This document shows positions 1 through 7,838 of a stretch of DNA of 33,969 nucleotides, one piece after another. The notes beneath the pieces were generated by a model that saw only the letters and a program-made list of their open reading frames with translations, did no database searches and was not told the origin of the DNA. Origin of the DNA: a virus (taxonomy: Duplodnaviria > Caudoviricetes); the IMG/VR virus record IMGVR_UViG_3300033406_000027, positions 1-33,969 of that record; one strand, 5' to 3'. The first letter of the stretch is position 1; each line of letters opens with the position of its first letter. Both the position numbers and the translations under genes were made by a program.

Positions 1-42
1 TTGTAAAACTTTAAATTTGCATTATGAGTGAGGAGAACCGGT

Positions 43-456
43 ATGATTAAATTTACAGTTTTCGGTGAAGCGGTAGCGCAAGGCAGGCCGAGATTTACCA
101 CAATAGCCGGCCATGCCAAGGCGTATGATCCGCAAACGTCCCGGAACTATAAGCAAATTGTCCGGGATGAGGCATTAAAACATAAACCGCCGATACCACT
201 ACAAGAGGCAATAAATCTGCGGGTGATTATTTATAAAGGCATACCAAAATCATTTAGTCAGAAACGGCACAAGTTGGCTAGTGATGGGAGCCTAAGACCG
301 GTAACTAAGCCGGACGTTGACAATGTGGTTAAGGGAATAAAGGATGCCCTGAAATCGGTAATATGGCGCGATGACAGCCAAGTGGTGGCCTTGATTGCAG
401 AAAAGTATTACTCAGATACGCCGCGAGTAGAAATTGAGATTAGTGAAGTAGTGTGA
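43..456 (+). CDS. rusA: RusA-family Holliday junction resolvase
   Basis: GEAVAQGRPRF, KPDVDNVVKGIKDAL and WRDDSQVV motifs; ATG at 43 after GAGGAG RBS. Confidence 0.92.
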   Translation: MIKFTVFGEAVAQGRPRFTTIAGHAKAYDPQTSRNYKQIVRDEALKHKPPIPLQEAINLRVIIYKGIPKSFSQKRHKLASDGSLRPVTKPDVDNVVKGIKDALKSVIWRDDSQVVALIAEKYYSDTPRVEIEISEVV

Positions 457-478
457 TCCTTGAATTTTAAATGGGAGA

Positions 479-1546
479 GTGAATGAAATGACAGGAAGAG
501 TAAGACAAGCCGGTTCGCCGGTACCGAAAGTATCCGACACGGAACCAGTACCTAGCCCGGTGGTTACACGTAAAATGACTTTTGTTGAAGCGTTAGATAT
601 AGATATGCCGGTACGTGATGCCTTTGAAAAATGCGACCCGGCAAGGTTTAAAGATATCACGTATGATCGGTTAAATATATGTGTCGACGGTGGACTCAAT
701 AGGGATGAAATCATCCAGGCGTTTGGTACTACGAATAGCAGCCTGGTAAAAGCAGCTAGCAAAGTTAAGTTTAAGTTTAGTAAGATAAAACCGGGACCGG
801 AGCCAGTTGAGTTGCAACCGGAAATAGTACCAGAACCAGAGAAAACTGAGCCAGCGTCGGTGATTACGGAACCAGACGTTAGCGAATTAGCTGAATCCGT
901 ACAGGAAATGCCCGAAAGCGTAATTGAAACTGTAGAAAACGTGATTGAAACCGCTGATCCTGTGATTGATGCCCCTGGGATTATGTATGAAGCGTCGGAG
1001 TCGGAGGCAGCGCCCGATCAGCTGGTGGACAAGCAACTAGAACAGGTAAAAGAAAAACCACCATTGTTGCCGGTTGAGCTCGTTTTACTTAACGGCAATA
1101 AAATTAAAATTGAACTGCCAGAGCGCATGGTCAAAGGTATATTTGATGAATTAAAGCAACACCAGCGACAGTACCGTGGCATTTTTGCAAATCATGTTGA
1201 TGGTGAGCTTATAGCGGTAGACTTGCAAGAGGTTGTGATGATGGAGGTTCACGGACTTGATATGAAAAATTTTACCACAAAAACATCTATCGAACAGGAA
1301 CGGTACAAAGTAGATTGTCAGTGTGGTGCTGCGTATTTTTGCATACTGGGGGCAGGAAGGATTAGGGCCAGGTGTCGGGTTTGTAATGACGTAGTCATTG
1401 CAGATCGCAACGCTGAAACGGTCACTGACCAGAGAGACGGAGTGCCGGCAACGTTAATGACCAACAAATATTTTGTGGAGTCGTATACGCCGTTGGCGCA
1501 GAGATGTGATCATGAGCACGGTGGCTCGTGCCAGTCTTTGGGTTAG
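479..1546 (+). CDS. Hypothetical phage protein with a P/E-rich linker and C-terminal Cys cluster (CQCG...CRVC)
   Basis: 355-aa ORF in the operon; no family recognised. Confidence 0.75.
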   Translation: MNEMTGRVRQAGSPVPKVSDTEPVPSPVVTRKMTFVEALDIDMPVRDAFEKCDPARFKDITYDRLNICVDGGLNRDEIIQAFGTTNSSLVKAASKVKFKFSKIKPGPEPVELQPEIVPEPEKTEPASVITEPDVSELAESVQEMPESVIETVENVIETADPVIDAPGIMYEASESEAAPDQLVDKQLEQVKEKPPLLPVELVLLNGNKIKIELPERMVKGIFDELKQHQRQYRGIFANHVDGELIAVDLQEVVMMEVHGLDMKNFTTKTSIEQERYKVDCQCGAAYFCILGAGRIRARCRVCNDVVIADRNAETVTDQRDGVPATLMTNKYFVESYTPLAQRCDHEHGGSCQSLG

Positions 1547-1556
1547 GGGGCACACG

Positions 1557-1715
1557 ATGCAGACATGTAAAGATTGTGTGGAGATACAGCCTCGGAATCA
1601 TAAACTTTTGGCTCGAAATACCAAGCATCGTTTTGATTGCAAAAAACGGAATAAGCTAAGGCAGGGCACGGAGTTGCCTTGCCTGTACTTCACGGCGAAG
1701 GGGGTTGGGCGGTAA
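1557..1715 (+). CDS. Small Cys-rich hypothetical protein (MQTCKDC...)
   Basis: AGGGGG RBS, ATG 1557; TAATG stop/start coupling with the next gene. Confidence 0.6.
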   Translation: MQTCKDCVEIQPRNHKLLARNTKHRFDCKKRNKLRQGTELPCLYFTAKGVGR

Positions 1716-2104
1716 TGGTTGAATGCAAACATGATTTTTCAATTGATGGAAGATGGCCGTCATGTAGAAAATGCGGTATTACCCTTATTAACTATATACA
1801 TTCACTGTATGGGGAAAAAGAATCGCTAAAGAAGCAACTCCAGCAGGCGGAGGCTAGGGTGGCTGAGCTGGTTGGGGCGTTGGAAATTGCGCTACATGAT
1901 TTAGCCACTAGTCACAATCTATTAGCGACTGACAGACCAGATTTGGTAGACCTAAATAATATTATTAGCCGCGGTAGAGCGAAAATGGAGCCGATTAAAA
2001 CCGTCAGTGGCAAGGACATTATGTGGATGACCGACAATAGCAGGGCTATAGATATTGTTACCAAAGCCCTAGCCAAGGCAAAGGAGGGTGAGTGCAATGC
2101 CTGA
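1715..2104 (+). CDS. Hypothetical phage protein (N-terminal C/H cluster, coiled coil)
   Basis: TAATG coupling at 1713-1717; CKH...CRKC followed by LKKQLQQAEARVAEL. Confidence 0.7.
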   Translation: MVECKHDFSIDGRWPSCRKCGITLINYIHSLYGEKESLKKQLQQAEARVAELVGALEIALHDLATSHNLLATDRPDLVDLNNIISRGRAKMEPIKTVSGKDIMWMTDNSRAIDIVTKALAKAKEGECNA

Positions 2105-2387
2105 TATTAAGCCTTGTACTAAATTTTTAAACGCTATGCCAAGGGAACAAATGAAGCATATTGCAGAGGAATTTCAGGAAGTAGCGGATCAGTTTTATTA
2201 TATTTGGCAATTCCCATCCGACCCTAAACCGCTTGGTTACGATGAGGCAATAGCGCAATTAGCAGAGGAAATAGTTGACCTGCAAACAGCCTGTGAGACG
2301 ATGCTGGCGATCATGAAAGTTGATGTTGATGTGGCCAGACGGCGGGTAATTGATAAGAATATGGCGAGGGGATATTACAATGAATAA
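2097..2387 (+). CDS. MazG-like all-alpha NTP pyrophosphohydrolase
   Basis: HIAEEFQEV and LAEEIVDL acidic motifs; AAGGAGGG RBS. Confidence 0.65.
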   Translation: MPDIKPCTKFLNAMPREQMKHIAEEFQEVADQFYYIWQFPSDPKPLGYDEAIAQLAEEIVDLQTACETMLAIMKVDVDVARRRVIDKNMARGYYNE

Positions 2388-2472
2388 CCCATATACATGC
2401 CAATCATGTGACGGCCGTAAGTGCGTCAACCCCGAGGCCAGACGGCTGGGAATGTGCGAGCCGAAGAAATAA
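2380..2472 (+). CDS. 30-aa Cys-rich micro-ORF MNNPYTCQSCDGRKCVNPEARRLGMCEPKK (not in the ORF track)
   Basis: GAGGGG RBS; overlaps the end of the upstream gene; four Cys. Confidence 0.4.
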   Translation: MNNPYTCQSCDGRKCVNPEARRLGMCEPKK

Positions 2473-2592
2473 CAAAATACGAAATAAACTTAGATTAGGG
2501 GTGAACCACGATGACCGGAAGGAAAATGGCGATAAAAATAAAAGCGGCTTAGTAACGTATTTTAAGCATTGCTGGTGGATCGGAGGTATATA

Positions 2593-2886
2593 ATGCGTAA
2601 GCCATGGTTTTGCCAAGAATGCCGAGTTGTAATGGAGTACATTGAAAAATTTGATTATCATAAATGCCCTGAATGTGGTACAGAGGTTTGGCCAGCTGAT
2701 CAAATTAATACAGTGGACGAGATAACGGAATTAATGGCGGATCGTGCTTTAGCACATAAGCCGCGCGAAATTCCACCGGCAGGGGAGGCGTTACTTGGTG
2801 GCGGTAGTAAGAATAGGGTGAAGAAGGACAAAAATAAAAAAGACTCACTGGCAAAGGTAAATGATAAGTTATACATTGAAACGTAG
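2593..2886 (+). CDS. Zn-ribbon protein with a basic C-terminus; candidate late-gene regulator
   Basis: CQEC...CPECG; GGAGGT RBS; last gene before the late promoter. Confidence 0.7.
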   Translation: MRKPWFCQECRVVMEYIEKFDYHKCPECGTEVWPADQINTVDEITELMADRALAHKPREIPPAGEALLGGGSKNRVKKDKNKKDSLAKVNDKLYIET

Positions 2887-2894
2887 CAATAATA

Positions 2895-2923
2895 TTGACA
2901 GATTTGACAAAATGATTTAAACT
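2895..2923 (+). promoter_or_regulatory. sigmaA promoter TTGACA-N17-TAAACT, putative late promoter
   Basis: -35 at 2895-2900, -10 at 2918-2923; second TTGACA at 2904-2909. Confidence 0.65.
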
Positions 2924-2953
2924 CAAAAATGGATTACTTACTCTATACGCAGG

Positions 2954-2990
2954 TAACCGCTCTCATTACGAGGGCGGTTATATTTATTTT
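2954..2990 (+). terminator. Intrinsic terminator directly after the putative late promoter
   Basis: TAACCGCTCTC-ATTAC-GAGGGCGGTTA (11 bp, one GU) followed by TATTTATTTT. Confidence 0.7.
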
Positions 2991-3018
2991 GCAGGAAAAT
3001 AAATCCTTTTTGTCGAAA
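2991..3018 (+). promoter_or_regulatory. sigmaH-like promoter (AGGA-N18-GAAA) for the membrane-protein moron
   Basis: GCAGGAAAAT...TGTCGAAA; a near copy precedes the 4200 moron. Confidence 0.5.
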
Positions 3019-3050
3019 ATATGTTTAAAATGGTAAAAAGGAGAATTAAT

Positions 3051-3326
3051 ATGATAGCTAACTTTCTTGATTGTAACATTATTGCAAATGCTCTACTTTA
3101 TTATGGAGCCATATATCTAATGAAAGCGAGTAATTATGCTTGTAAAATAAGGGTTTGTGGGTTCATAATAGTTACTATTGCTGTTGTGCTTCAAATGCTT
3201 GCGACTTGGACAATGCAATTATTTTGCTCAGCGATTTTTGCGGGTATATTGTTTAGGCTAGTTGTTTCAATGCCGGTTCGGTGGGCAGAATTTATTGAGC
3301 GTAATATTAAACGGCTTATAAATTGA
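3051..3326 (+). CDS. AT-rich moron, small multi-pass membrane protein
   Basis: AAGGAG RBS, ATG 3051; about 3 hydrophobic segments; own promoter and terminator. Confidence 0.7.
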   Translation: MIANFLDCNIIANALLYYGAIYLMKASNYACKIRVCGFIIVTIAVVLQMLATWTMQLFCSAIFAGILFRLVVSMPVRWAEFIERNIKRLIN

Positions 3327-3330
3327 TTAA

Positions 3331-3353
3331 AGAGCGTCCTTCGGGGCGCTTTT
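3331..3353 (+). terminator. Intrinsic terminator
   Basis: AGAGCGTCC-TTCG-GGGCGCTTT(T), UUCG tetraloop. Confidence 0.75.
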
Positions 3354-3419
3354 ATAATATACAAAAATAAGCAAAGGTAGTGATTGTGCAGTAAAAATAT
3401 TATAACTGAGGTGGTTAAT

Positions 3420-4154
3420 ATGCTGACTTTCAACGCAGTTCATCAGGGAAATTGTTTAGATTTAATGCAGCAAATTGATGATAAATCAATCGACTTAATT
3501 CTATGTGACTTGCCATATGGCACAACGGATTGTAAATGGGATATTGTTATTCCGTTTGAACCATTATGGGCACAGTATAGCCGAATCATTAAAGACCATG
3601 GAGCGATATTGCTGTTCTCACAACAACCATTTACAACGGACTTAATCAACAGCAATCGAAAGTTTTTCAGGTATGAAATTATCTGGGAGAAGGCTCGAGC
3701 GGTTGGTTTTCTTAATGCCAATAAAATGCCGTTAAGGTGCCATGAAGTTATATTAGTGTTTTATAAAAAGCTGCCGACATATAACCCACAATTCAGTGAG
3801 GGCAAGCCTTATAAGAAAAGTAACAGTATATCGACGACCAGTATTTATAGATCATATAAACCAGTCAGGCATAGTAATAACGGCACAAGATATCCGAGAG
3901 ATGTGATCCGGATCAGTGGCGGCAATGAAGGCCATTGGCATCCAACCCAAAAGCCAGTGTATTTGCTGGAGTATCTGATTAAGACGTATACGCATAAGCA
4001 CCAGATAGTGCTTGATAATTGTTGCGGCAGTGGAAGTACAGGCGTTGCTTGTATGAATACTGACCGCAATTTTATTTTGATGGAGCAGGATGAAGCGGTT
4101 ATGGCTATAGCAAGAAAAAGAATTGAGAGTAATAAGTTGCTTGCAGGAAAATAG
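3420..4154 (+). CDS. Orphan N6-A/N4-C DNA methyltransferase (beta class)
   Basis: DLILCDLPYG catalytic motif, HPTQKP and VLDNCCGSGST SAM-binding motif; GAGGTG RBS, ATG 3420. Confidence 0.93.
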   Translation: MLTFNAVHQGNCLDLMQQIDDKSIDLILCDLPYGTTDCKWDIVIPFEPLWAQYSRIIKDHGAILLFSQQPFTTDLINSNRKFFRYEIIWEKARAVGFLNANKMPLRCHEVILVFYKKLPTYNPQFSEGKPYKKSNSISTTSIYRSYKPVRHSNNGTRYPRDVIRISGGNEGHWHPTQKPVYLLEYLIKTYTHKHQIVLDNCCGSGSTGVACMNTDRNFILMEQDEAVMAIARKRIESNKLLAGK

Positions 4155-4169
4155 TACCATTTGCCGAAG
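4143..4169 (+). promoter_or_regulatory. sigmaH-like promoter (AGGA-N17-GAAG) for the 4200 moron
   Basis: GCAGGAAAAT...TGCCGAAG. Confidence 0.45.
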
Positions 4170-4199
4170 TGTGGGACAAAAAGGTAAATGGGAGATTAA

Positions 4200-4907
4200 T
4201 TGTATATGACAATAAAGTTACCAAATGTATTATATAAATACATGAAGCCATATCGTCTGGCAAAGTTAAAAAATACAAGGGCAATTTATATTAATTATCT
4301 TAATAATTATCCTCAAGACAAATTAGGAAACTATGTTGGTGACGATAATGAAGGTAAAATAGCTACTAAATGGGAAATAGGAAATTATATATTTAATAGT
4401 GGCGATGTGAAAAATCCTGCATTTGAAACGGCTTTTCATACTATGCAACATGCAATTTTTTTGGGTAAGAACTCTAGAAATATTACGATAGCTAATTGTA
4501 CGATTGAAGATCAAATTGATGAAAGCAATTATTATGTTTTATGTTTTTGCTTAAATAAAGATGATCGAATGAAGGAAGAGTTCGGTAGTTCCATGCTTAT
4601 TGTTCGTGATACAGTTAGGTTTTTAGATGAACTAAATGTGCAGATGAATAAAAAAGGCTTAATGTTTGTAACAGCAGGTAAATGTTTTTATATTAATAAT
4701 CGCGTTCGGAAATATACGGAACATGATGATAAGTTTATAACCCGACGTTATCTATGCCCACCTTACTTATTAAAGGATAATAGTTATTCGTATCAAAATG
4801 AATTTAGGATTATTTGGAAAAGAGTGGATAATAATAAAATCATTGAGCCTATTAATATCAGATGTTCAAAAGCATTAAAATATTGTTCATTTAGTTATGC
4901 GCCTTAG
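4200..4907 (+). CDS. AT-rich moron, DUF2971-like protein; candidate defence gene
   Basis: LYKYM N-terminus, GDDNEG, YVLCFC and LKDNSYSYQNEFRIIW; very low GC. Confidence 0.6.
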   Translation: MYMTIKLPNVLYKYMKPYRLAKLKNTRAIYINYLNNYPQDKLGNYVGDDNEGKIATKWEIGNYIFNSGDVKNPAFETAFHTMQHAIFLGKNSRNITIANCTIEDQIDESNYYVLCFCLNKDDRMKEEFGSSMLIVRDTVRFLDELNVQMNKKGLMFVTAGKCFYINNRVRKYTEHDDKFITRRYLCPPYLLKDNSYSYQNEFRIIWKRVDNNKIIEPINIRCSKALKYCSFSYAP

Positions 4908-4922
4908 GGCGTTTTTATTTTA
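4899..4922 (+). terminator. Weak intrinsic terminator
   Basis: GCGCC-TTAG-GGCGT followed by a T-rich tail. Confidence 0.5.
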
Positions 4923-4943
4923 TTAAAAAAGGAGGCGAGGACG

Positions 4944-5150
4944 ATGCCAACTGTAGACTGTGACTGTACCGAATGCGAGCGCCATGGCATAGAGATATGC
5001 ATAGCCAGGCGCGTGACATGGAAGGACGGCGGTTGTTCAGAGTATAGGCCAAGGGTAGGCAAGGATATGCTTAACCAGCCATTTAATTCGCAATGTTATA
5101 AGCGAGGCGGGAAGTACAAGAGCAGTAAGGTGACTGGGGTGTTGAAGTGA
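4944..5150 (+). CDS. Small Cys-rich phage protein
   Basis: CDCTEC...C...C; AAGGAGG RBS; abuts the HNH gene. Confidence 0.7.
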   Translation: MPTVDCDCTECERHGIEICIARRVTWKDGGCSEYRPRVGKDMLNQPFNSQCYKRGGKYKSSKVTGVLK

Positions 5151-5573
5151 ATGCCAGCACGACTACCGCGACCATGTAAGCAGCCTGGCTGTAGCTCATT
5201 AGTGAGCAGCGGTTACTGTGATCAGCACAAGAGTACACCAATCAAAGATAGTAGGCCATCATCAAGCAAGCGTGGATATAACTCACGATGGCAGAAGTAT
5301 CGTACTAAATACTTGAGACAACATCCTCTATGTATTGAGTGCAATAGACATGGTAAGCTACGACCGGCTACAGTTGTTGATCACATCGCGCCTCACAAAG
5401 GTGATAAGAATTTGTTTTGGCTACCATCTAACCATCAACCACTATGCAAAGAGTGTCACGATGCAAAGACGGCGCGCGAAGATGGCGGGTTTGGCAATAA
5501 TCCCAGACAGGGTAGGGGGGGAGTAAATCCATGGAGCCTTTCCGACCTAGACCGCGTGTGGCCTTTTCTGTGA
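5151..5573 (+). CDS. HNH endonuclease (terminase-associated, gp74-like)
   Basis: CIEC, ATVVDHIAPH and NHQPLCKECHDAKT; immediately upstream of terS. Confidence 0.93.
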   Translation: MPARLPRPCKQPGCSSLVSSGYCDQHKSTPIKDSRPSSSKRGYNSRWQKYRTKYLRQHPLCIECNRHGKLRPATVVDHIAPHKGDKNLFWLPSNHQPLCKECHDAKTAREDGGFGNNPRQGRGGVNPWSLSDLDRVWPFL

Positions 5574-5590
5574 ACAAAATTCGTTTTTTG
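5510..5590 (+). other. Candidate cos packaging region
   Basis: G-run, AAATCC and GACCGCGTGTGGCC between the HNH core and a P27-type terS, the usual cos position. Confidence 0.45.
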
Positions 5591-5606
5591 AGATAGGTGA
5601 GATGAA

Positions 5607-6149
5607 ATGGGAGGACGAAATGCAAAACCAATTGCGCTGCACTTAGCAGAAAAAAATCCAAATCGGCTTACAAAAGCTGAGATTGAACGCAGGCAGAAGT
5701 CTGAAGTTAAATTGGGTGATCAAAAATTAAAGTGTCCTGGTTTTGTGAAGGCAGATGTTAACGCCTACGCGAAATGGAAAGAAATTATCAAGATTTATAA
5801 GGACCTTGATTTTGTATCTTCTGGTGATATTGGGCTTCTTGCTCGTTACTGCATGACGTTTAGCGAATACCTGCAATTATTGGAACATCGAAAACGAGTG
5901 GGGCAATTTAATGCCGACTGGTCAGAATATGAGGACAGGTTGCCAGAAGAGTATATCGATTGTCTGAATCGATATATGCGACTGAATGTTGACTTGCAAA
6001 TAGACAACGCAATTAATAAAAAAATGGACCAGCTTGTTAAGATGGAGGATCGCCTATTCCTAAACCCATTGGCCAAGGTTAAGAACGTACCAAAAAAAGA
6101 ACCGAAACAAGAAGATCCGCTGGCTAATAAAGGGTTTGGTAATGTATGA
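5607..6149 (+). CDS. terS: Terminase small subunit (P27 family)
   Basis: MGGRNAKP...LTKAEIERR, LARYC and LFLNPLAKVK; overlaps the terL start. Confidence 0.88.
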   Translation: MGGRNAKPIALHLAEKNPNRLTKAEIERRQKSEVKLGDQKLKCPGFVKADVNAYAKWKEIIKIYKDLDFVSSGDIGLLARYCMTFSEYLQLLEHRKRVGQFNADWSEYEDRLPEEYIDCLNRYMRLNVDLQIDNAINKKMDQLVKMEDRLFLNPLAKVKNVPKKEPKQEDPLANKGFGNV

Positions 6150-7825
6150 GCCTGCTAGACGAATTAATCCGGTATTCGGATGAGGTTATTGGTGGTCGCA
6201 TTATCGCTTGCCAAAAACATAAATGGGCCTGCATACGGTTTCTTAGAGATTTGGATCGCGAGAATTTCGATTATGTATTCGACGAGGAAAAGGCCGTGCG
6301 ATTTCTGGATTGGATGCGACTATTTAAGCATCGAAAGGGCGTGCTAAAAGGCCAATACATCGATCCGCATATCATCCAAAAATTTATTTTCGGCAATGTT
6401 TATGGTTGGGTGCATAAGGTAACAGGATATCGGCGATTTAATAAATTTTATTGGCAGGTTGGCCGTAAAAATGCCAAATCCCAGTCACTGGCAGCGGTAG
6501 GCAGTTATGAACTAATGGCGCTTGGCGAGGGTGCCAGCGAAGTATACTGTGCTGCAGTTAAGACCGAACAGGCGAAGATTGTTTGGGATGAAACCGTGGC
6601 CATGTTGGATAACTCAGAATTAAAAGGCCGGTATAATGTATCCTACGGTAAGATACAACATAAAAAAACCGGCTCATTTATGAGGGCGCTCAGCAAGGAA
6701 GATCGCCGATCCGGTGACGGGCTAAACCCTCAATGCGGGATAGTTGACGAATATCACGCCCACGATACTAGCGAACTGTACGATGTGCTTGATTCTGGCA
6801 TGATTGCCAGGACTCAGCCGCTACTTGCAATTATAACTACGGCTGGATTTAACTTGGCAAACCCATGCTATTCCGTCGAGTATCACCTGGTGGCAAAAAT
6901 ACTTAATCCAGCCCTGGATTTCAACGTCGACAGCTATTTTATTATGATAAATGAGCTGGATAAGGACAAAGAAGGGAATCTGGTTGATGATATTCGCGAT
7001 GAATCGGCCTGGCTAAAGGCTAATCCAATCGCCTGTAGTTACCCGGAAGGTATCGAATCCATTCGAAAACGCTTGCAATTGGCACTAGAAGCGCCGGAAA
7101 AAATGCGAGATTTTCTCACCAAAAACATGAATGTCTGGGTAAATCAGCGTGAAAACGGCTATATGAACATGGATAAATGGGCATTATGTCGGGGGGAAAT
7201 ACCGAATTTAACCAGCATTGATTGTTTTGTCGGCGTTGACTTGTCAGCAAAGATTGACTTAACGTCTGTTAGCTTCGAATTTTTGGTCAATGATAAATAT
7301 GTTGTATTGTCGCATTCATTTATGCCGGAAGATACGTTGGCCGCTAAACGCAAGACGGATAAAGTTCCCTATGACTTATGGATTTCGCAAGGATGGATAA
7401 CCGCAACGCCTGGCGCGGTGGTAGATTACCGTTTTGTCGCTGCATATATCAAATTGCAGGGATATAAAATCAAAGAAATTTGTTTCGACCCGTACAACTG
7501 CAGCCAGTTTGCTCAGGAACTGCAGGATGACGGGTTTTTGTGTGTAGAAATCCGCCAGGGTATTCCGACGTTATCAGAGCCGACAAAATCTTTTAGAGAA
7601 TCGGTCTATATGAAAAAAGTTATCCATGACGGAAATCCAGTTTTAGGATGGGCCGTAAGTAATGCAGTAACTCGGGCAGACGACAAGGACAATATTATGC
7701 TAGATAAATCAAAATCCACGGAACGCATTGACCCGATAGCAAGTACAATCAACGCCCATGTTAGGGCGATTGTAAACGAAAATAACGAATCTGTTTATGA
7801 AAAACGGGGCATGCGAAGCCTGTGA
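6146..7825 (+). CDS. terL: Terminase large subunit
   Basis: Walker A VGRKNAKS, Walker B GIVDEYHAH, nuclease GVDLSAKIDL and RIDP. Confidence 0.97.
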   Translation: MSLLDELIRYSDEVIGGRIIACQKHKWACIRFLRDLDRENFDYVFDEEKAVRFLDWMRLFKHRKGVLKGQYIDPHIIQKFIFGNVYGWVHKVTGYRRFNKFYWQVGRKNAKSQSLAAVGSYELMALGEGASEVYCAAVKTEQAKIVWDETVAMLDNSELKGRYNVSYGKIQHKKTGSFMRALSKEDRRSGDGLNPQCGIVDEYHAHDTSELYDVLDSGMIARTQPLLAIITTAGFNLANPCYSVEYHLVAKILNPALDFNVDSYFIMINELDKDKEGNLVDDIRDESAWLKANPIACSYPEGIESIRKRLQLALEAPEKMRDFLTKNMNVWVNQRENGYMNMDKWALCRGEIPNLTSIDCFVGVDLSAKIDLTSVSFEFLVNDKYVVLSHSFMPEDTLAAKRKTDKVPYDLWISQGWITATPGAVVDYRFVAAYIKLQGYKIKEICFDPYNCSQFAQELQDDGFLCVEIRQGIPTLSEPTKSFRESVYMKKVIHDGNPVLGWAVSNAVTRADDKDNIMLDKSKSTERIDPIASTINAHVRAIVNENNESVYEKRGMRSL

Positions 7826-7838
7826 AGGAGGTGAGATA

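Noticed and set aside
2408-2593. 61-aa plus-strand ORF from the track
   Set aside because: No RBS; overlaps the better supported 2380-2472 micro-ORF.
3420-4907. Type II restriction-modification pair (MTase plus 4200 ORF)
   Set aside because: 4200 shows no clear PD-(D/E)xK or HNH motif, differs in GC and has its own promoter; the MTase is a common orphan phage type. Not fully excluded.
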